A stretch of DNA of 64,000 nt from Chrysomallon squamiferum (Eukaryota; Animalia; Mollusca). This document shows positions 57,052 through 64,000 of this stretch, one piece after another; the stretch's first letter is position 1; every line of letters starts with the position of its first letter. The notes under the pieces are model-generated. The model had not been told where the DNA came from, searched no databases, and saw only the letters and a list, made by a program, of their open reading frames with translations. Location of the stretch: positions 9,424,001 to 9,488,000 of the forward strand of contig CM022677.1 of NCBI GenBank assembly GCA_012295275.1, in the 5' to 3' direction. A program made the position numbers and the translations under genes.

Positions 57052-57822
57052 TAGTTTAATAAACAGTGTTAAATACATTATAGATGGGGAATAGATAGAC
57101 AGACAGACAGACAGACAGAAAGCGAGCTGACTGTTGTGGTGACAGTTGTCTAGGTAGGTACGCAGGAGGATGAGGACGTCTTCGAAGATGTTGCAGTCGT
57201 TTAACCAGATGTCGTGTACTGTTTATTTCAACTTACTGGATGCTAGTAACACGTCTGATTATGTGAACAACTCTGCAGTACTTGTTTACTTCATTCCACA
57301 CACACAGAGCAGTAAACACGTGACAGGCAACATGAAATAATGATCAGAACAAATCTTTATTGTTGTCACTCTTAAAACAAATTACCCTTTATAATTTAAT
57401 CACTTCTTTCTTTCTCTCTTTCTTTTTTTTAAATTTAGCTTCTCATACGACTGCACACGCCTAAAAGAGAATTACATTGTGTAACATCAAAAATTACATC
57501 AGTCGGTCTAGATTCCAGCTAACTAACTAGTAGAACTAACTAGTAGAACTTTTCGATATAATAAAGATTAGAATCTAGCACAACCATGTGTTGTACACTC
57601 TGTATTTAAATCTCGTGACTTGACTCGCTAGTCTCGCATTTTCTAACATCTACTGTGTTATACTTGCTGTATTATGCAAAGAAGGTTTGCGTCTGGGTTT
57701 CGCCAACAAGTCTGATTTGTGATGCAATTTATTATTTCTTTTTTAAACTAGTCGTTACCTAGGCGACTATCACTGTCATGAAATTTGAAATTATATAATT
57801 ATTTTTCTATCTTAGAAAGCAA

Positions 57823-58026
57823 TAAATATATTTTTCTACATTTCATAAACTCTGTTTATAAACAGTAAATATATTTTTCTACATTTTATAAACTCTGTTT
57901 ATAAACAGTAAATATATTTTTCTACATTTTATAAACTCTGTTTATAAACAGTAAATATATTTTTCTACATTTCATAAACTCTGTTTATAAACAGTAAATA
58001 TATTTTTCTACATTTCATAAACTCTG
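57823..58026. repeat. 43-bp tandem repeat (TAAATATATTTTTCTACATTTCATAAACTCTGTTTATAAACAG)
   Basis: About 4.7 copies, starting at 57823, 57866, 57909, 57952 and 57995. Confidence 0.95.
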
Positions 58027-58146
58027 CACACATGTAACCGCGGACTGAGTCGTTCTCTAATGGTGGAAGTCGGATTACCTAGCTTGCTTGTAACATCCAC
58101 TCGACACTCTGATGCCCGCAAAATCAGAGGTTCTACGTATTTACCG

Positions 58147-58455
58147 TAATTCAATATTTTGTTTTCTAAATCTGAATTGTGAGTTTAATGTTGTGTTTTC
58201 ACATATAACTTTCAGCCCGATGTCCCAGGCTTAGATGCAGACGAAGATGTCGACATGGATATCTCAAAGACAGATACGGCTGCAGACGCTGCCGATGTCG
58301 ACGTAAGTAAATGTACATTTTGCTCTACAGAAATTTAATGTTTTGAAAGATGATGTTGTGCTTGTCCTTCTTAATATCACGTAGGGATGAATCGAAGGAT
58401 TCAGACAGGATTTTTGAGTAGAGTGGAAATAAATCTCGAGAAAGAAAGTAAAAGA
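58147..58455 (+). pseudogene. Orphan duplicated antistasin exon (58216-58302) with flanking intron sequence
   Basis: tttcag|CC CGA TGT...CGA C|gtaagt encodes RCPRLRCRRRCRHGYLKDRYGCRRCRCR. Flanks match the introns around exons 62027-62113 and 63482-63568. Confidence 0.8.
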
Positions 58456-59000
58456 TTTTTTTTTAAATAACGCTGTTGTCAAAAAGAAGAAGAAGAAAAA
58501 TTACCATAAAAATCACAACTCCCCCAACAACAACAAACCCCCCCAAAAAACAACAAAAAACAATACTAAAAAAAAGAAGAAACAAATTTAAAAAAAACAA
58601 ACAATATCAAACAAATGGAAATAAATCCAAGTTTTTTTTCTCTTAACATCTACATCCGTATAACATAATAAATGAGTAAGTAGGTAAATAAGTAAACGAT
58701 AAATAATTCATTTTTGCGATTTAAATCCAGTGCTCTACGGAGTCGCTTGTTTTTTGTTTTGTTTCTGACACTTGTTTGATCTGGTAACATCAGAACATTT
58801 GAAACCGTCTTAGCTACATTTCTAACATGTTTGCATGAGCTAAAAATAATTGACTTTTTTTTTTCCTGTCAGTGGGAAGGTTTATTTCTTGCTAACGTAT
58901 TGAAATCTATCGGGGATATTTTCTTGAAAGGAAAAGCTGACTAAACATTTATGGAATATTACGCCTACTCTGTTTTCAGACACGTTGTTAGTAAAACCAG

Positions 59001-59081
59001 CCAATCAAAGCTTACTATAATCTGTCGTGTTTAAAGTTACTGTTGTATATAATATTGATGATCTCTGCAAGGTAATTCAGT
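59001..59081 (+). promoter_or_regulatory. Pol II core promoter of the WAP/antistasin gene (CCAAT, TATA, Inr)
   Basis: CCAAT 59001-59005, TATATAA 59046-59052 and TCAGT initiator 59077-59081 at canonical ~30-bp spacing; ATG at 59087 in GCCATGG context. Confidence 0.7.
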
Positions 59082-59086
59082 GAGCC

Positions 59087-59150
59087 ATGGTGCTGCAAGC
59101 TGTTCTGGTGGCCATTGTGTCACTACTGGCTCTAACAGTAGGTAAGTAAA

Positions 59151-59200
<50 letters not shown>

Positions 59201-62200
59201 TCGAGTTTGGACATTAAAATAGCTATGACATTATGAAAAAAAACGAAACTTAATAACTTTCTGAGGGAAAAAATTAGGAATATTAGAAAAGACAATTATT
59301 TATCATTTCTGCACTGAGAATATCTAACTGTATGTTAAATACACTGTTTAGTTAATTGAATATTAGAAAAATATGAAATTTAAAAAAAAAAAAATAAAGA
59401 AAGAAGAATTTCATATCTGGTAACGATGTTGAAAAGACAGAAAAGTTTTGTTTATTATTTCAGGACTTTCTCCGCCTCCAAGATGTCCTCCACTGAGCAC
59501 TGGCAGGTCGCGACTCTGCACCAGAATTCTGCCACGCAACGAATGTCCTAAGGGAAAATGTCCTCCAGGTGAAATAAGAATTACAAAAACTTGTTCTTCT
59601 TCATCATCACCTGAATCATCACTATCACCACCAATACCATCACCATCATCATCATCATTTCTTCTTCTTAATTAATTTATTTCTTAAATTTTAAGGAAAA
59701 ATTTGCTGCCCAGGTCCTTGTGGAGCTAAATTTTGTTTCGACACTCTGTGTCCCGCGGTGAGCACTCGTGGTCGATTTGATTGTCGTAAAATTGTAGCCA
59801 ATAACCGCAACCAGTGTTCAGAGCGCAAAAAATGTCCCAGAGGTAAGTCTGTATTCTCTAACTATAAATGGACTAATAATAAAAACAAAACAAAACATAA
59901 CGACAATAATAACAATATTTACTTAACACTACAGAACCATGAAACCAAACAAACACACACACATATCGAAGAGCAAAACCGTACCAACAAACGACCAGAA
60001 AATTAAATAAAAATAATAATAAATAAATAAACAACATAAATAATTAATAAATAAAATAAAATAAAAATAACCGCAAGCACACTAACAAAAGCACTGTACT
60101 GACCTTCATAATAAAACAACAACAACAAAAAACAAAACAACAAACAAACAAAAAATAGGCATTTTGAAACCAAGAGTGGTATGAGTAACTGTTTATAATC
60201 TCAAACAGGAAGAATCTGCTGTCCTGGAAGGTGTGGCACGAGAAGATGCATCAAAGTGAAACGTGAGTTAAAATGTCTACACCGTCGAAATAGCCGCACG
60301 AAATAAAAGAAAGATCACTGTAAATACACGGAAATACTTTTAAAGTAACACTGTTTCCTCTCATTATTAATGTAACATACGAATCAATCGACGTATTCAA
60401 ACACGATTGTAAGTTAAATACAGTAGAAATAAATTAATAAAATATATTTATTTACATATTATGAAAAACAGAAATAGTTGTAGTAGTTGCAGGTGTAACG
60501 TTACTGAAGTTGACTCTCACTTTCGTTTTCATTTATTATTTTAAAATAAAATGTAGTATTTTAATGACCTGTTTAATTATATAACTTTTAGCACACTGTC
60601 CCAGATTTAGATGCAAAAATCGATGTCGACATGGCTATCTCAGAAACAGATACGGATGCAGGAGTTGCCGATGTCGACGTAAGTAAATGTACATTTTGCT
60701 CTAAAGAAATTTAATGTTTTGAAAGATGATGTTGTGCCTGTCCTTCTTGATATCACGTAGGGATGAATCGAAGGATTCAGACAGGATTTTTGAGTAGAGT
60801 GGAAATAAATCTCGAGAAAGAAAGTAAAAAATTTGTTATTATAAACTAGACATAAACTAATGCTTTGAAATGCTTAAATTTATTTATTTACATATTTATC
60901 TCAGTCTGTATGTATGAATGAATGTATCCATGTATTTATTTATAGACTTATAATTATTATTATCATTATTATTACTATTATTACTATTATTATTATAATT
61001 TTGTTTTTCAAGGATGCCCTCGCATAAGGTGCAGTCGTTGGTGTCCTTATGGTCTGAATAGAAATAGATATGGCTGTAAGGTTTGTTCTTGCAGAGGTAA
61101 GATGTTCCTTTCTTCTACATGTTATATTGATACTTTTGAATTGTGACTGAAAATGACCATTTGTAATGTTTTTTTCTTTATGCGGAGTTAAATTCTTTAC
61201 AGCTGTTTTTGTCTTATTTAAATAGGCAGGTGTCCATCAGTGAGATATGTGGACTTTAGGAGGTGCAGAAGGATGCGTGTCCGTCGACAGTGTTCCAGAA
61301 AACGAAAATGTCCGAGAGGTAAACTGAATTAAGAATACTTTTCAGACATATTGCATAGTTTTACAGAAATTGTTTCACTTGAATTGTAGAAAATTAAGAA
61401 CTAAGTTGTAAATGCAATGGAGAGTTCACAGTTTCCTTTGCTTTATGATCAAAGAATTTAAAATGAACTGAAAATGAATTAGTTATTTGTAACTTAAAGC
61501 TGATAATGTAATCGTTTTTTTGTTGTTGTTGTCTTTTTCTTTTCTTTCTCTTAATCGGGAAAGGGAGAATATATGTGTGTAATACGTTAATGCGAGTTAA
61601 TTCTGGGAATATTTTATTTTAGGAAAGATTTGCTGTCCAGGTATTTGCGGTTCAAGACGATGCATTAGGGTCAGAAGTAAGTAGTATTTAAAATGTTATT
61701 GTTATTCTTGTTTGGTGTATATATATATATATATCTTTATGGATTTAGAAAATGTGGAGTTTATAAAGATTAATATTGCTAACACGATACCTTTATGATA
61801 ATGTAATTCTTTTCAATTATTCCAGCATGTCCCAGACGGAAATGTAGAAGATGTCGATACGGTTATGTGAAAAACAGATATGGTTGCAGCACTTGCAGGT
61901 GTAAAGGTAACAACATTCGCTCTAACCAGTTTGGAATTGGCTTATTTCGTTGACATATAATTCAATATTTTCTTTTCTCGATCTGAATTATGAGTTTAAT
62001 GTTGTGTTTTCACATATAACTTTCAGCACGATGTCCCAGGCGTAGATGCAGACCAGGATGTCGACATGGATATCTCAAAGACAGATACGGCTGCAGACGC
62101 TGCCGATGTCGACGTAAGTAAATGTACATTTCGCTCTACAGAAATTTAATGTTTTGCAGGATAATGTTGTGCTTGTTCTTCTTCATATCACGTAGGGATG

Positions 62201-63875
62201 AATCGAAGGATTCAGACAGGATTTTTGAGTAGAGTGGAAATAAATCTCGAGAAAGAAAGTAAAAAATTTGTTATTATAAACTAGACATAAACTAATGCTT
62301 TGAAATTCTTAAATTTATTTATGTACATATTTATCTCAGGCTGTATGTATGAATGAATGTATCCATGTATTTATTTATAGACTTATAATTATTATTATCA
62401 TTATTATTACTATTATTACTATTATTATTATAATTTTGTTTTTACAGGATGCCCTCGCATAAGGTGCAGTCGTTGGTGTCCTTATGGTCTGAATAGAAAT
62501 AGATATGGCTGTAAGGTTTGTTCTTGCAGAGGTAAGATGTTACTTTTATCTACATGTTATATTGATACTTTTGAATTGTGACTGAAAATGACCATTTGTA
62601 ATGTTTTTTGTTTATGCGGAGTTAAATTCTTTACAGCTGTTTTTGTCTTATTTAAATAGGCAGGTGTCCATCAGTGAGATATGTGGACTTTAAGAGGTGC
62701 AGAAGGATGCGTGTCCGTCGACAGTGTTCCAGAAAACGAAAATGTCCGAGAGGTAAACTGAATTAAGAATACTTTTCAGACATATTGCATAGTTTTACAG
62801 AAATTGTTTCACTTGAATTGTAGAAAATTAAGAACTAAGTTGTAAATGCAATAGAGAGTTCAAACTATTCAAAGTTTACTTTGTTTTATGATCAAAGAAT
62901 TTAAAATGTACTGAAAATGAATTAGTTATTTGTAACTTAAAGCTGATAATGTAATCGTTTTTTGTTTTTTTTGTCTTTTTCTTTTCTTTCTCTTAATCGG
63001 GAAAGGGAGAATATATGTGTGTAATACGTTAATGCGAGTTAATTCTGGGAATATTATATTTTAGGAAAGATTTGCTGTCCAGGTATTTGCGGTTCAAGAC
63101 GATGCATTAGGGTCAGAAGTAAGTGATTTAAAATGTTATTGTTGTTCTTGTTTCATTCATTTAGGCGTATATATATATATATATATATATCTTTATGGAT
63201 ATAGAAAATGTAGTTTATAAAGATTAATATTGCTAACACGATACCTTTATGATAACGTAATTCTTTTCAATTATTCCAGCATGTCCCAGACGGAAATGTA
63301 GAAGATGTCGATACGGTTATGTGAAAAACAGATATGGTTGCAGCACTTGCAGGTGTAAAGGGTAACAACATTCGCTCTAACCAGTTTGGTATTGGCTTAT
63401 TTCGTTGACATATAATTCAATATTTAGTTTTCTCGATCTGAATTGTGAGTTTAATCCTGTTTTTTCACATATAACTTTCAGCACGATGTCCCAGGCTTAG
63501 ATGCAGACGACGATGTCGACATGGATATCTCAAAGACAGATACGGCTGCAGAACTTGTCGGTGTAGACGTTAGTAAATGTATAATTTACTTTACAGAAAA
63601 TTAATGTGGTGGAAAATGATGTTGTGATTGTCATTCTTAATGTGAGCTAGAACTAAATTCAGGGATTCATAAAGGATTTGATGTGATACTGGAGTGGAAA
63701 TAAATTGGTAGAAAAGAATTCTTAATTTAGTTATCATGAAATGAATATAATATTAGTTAGATAATTAGTTCATTAATTATTGTATTTACAGGATGTCCGC
63801 GTATTAGATGCCGACGTTGGTGTCCTTATGGTATGAAGAGAAATAGATATGGCTGCACGATTTGTTCGTGTAGAG
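59087..63875 (+). CDS. Secreted Arg/Cys-rich WAP (four-disulfide core) + antistasin-like multidomain protein; 3' incomplete
   Basis: Exons 59087-59141 (signal peptide MVLQAVLVAIVSLLALTVG), 59464-59568, 59696-59842, 60209-60262, 60592-60678, 61013-61096, 61226-61318, 61623-61676, 61826-61906, 62027-62113, 62448-62531, 62660-62752, 63065-63118, 63280-63360/1, 63482-63568, 63792-63875. All GT-AG and phase 1, apart from one extra G at 63361. 8-Cys WAP pattern (CP..C..C..CPxGKICCPGxCGxxxC) and 6-Cys antistasin pattern (CPxxxCxxxCxxGYxxN/DxYGCxxCxC). Confidence 0.9.
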
Positions 63876-64000
63876 GTACGATTGTACTTTGTTCAATGTA
63901 TTATGTTCATATTTTTAAAATGTCACTGAAATATTGAGTACTTCGTTTGTTTGGCTTTTTTGTTTATCTTGAGTTAGATTCTTTATACCTGTTTTTATTT
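60560..64000 (+). repeat. Tandem ~1.44-kb five-exon genomic cassette, ~2.4 copies visible
   Basis: Homologous exons start at 60592, 62027 and 63482 (periods 1435 and 1455); introns of copies 1 and 2 are nearly identical. Confidence 0.95.

Overview
AT-rich, microsatellite-rich animal genomic DNA, probably an invertebrate such as a mollusc (inferred from gene families and repeat style). Most ORFs in the track are repeat artefacts; the real genes were assembled by hand from splice signals. (1) 5' part of NAXE / NAD(P)HX epimerase on the minus strand, with a 109-bp exon at 387-495 that has a GC donor, and two mutually exclusive first coding exons at 27909-28030 and 44408-44517. Its introns span up to ~44 kb and contain minisatellites, a foldback-like element and a Tc2-like MITE. 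(2) A type II membrane fucosyltransferase-like gene with an intronless CDS (46807-48124, minus), broken by a +1 frameshift in a G6 run. (3) A complete 4-exon PEX11-gamma-like gene (51987-54508, minus). (4) A secreted, extremely Arg/Cys-rich WAP + antistasin-domain protein (59087 to beyond the window end, plus). It is built from phase-1 exons in a tandemly repeated ~1.44-kb five-exon cassette, with an intact orphan copy of one exon upstream of its promoter. Parts of 14.8-23.6 kb look like assembly/polishing mosaics.
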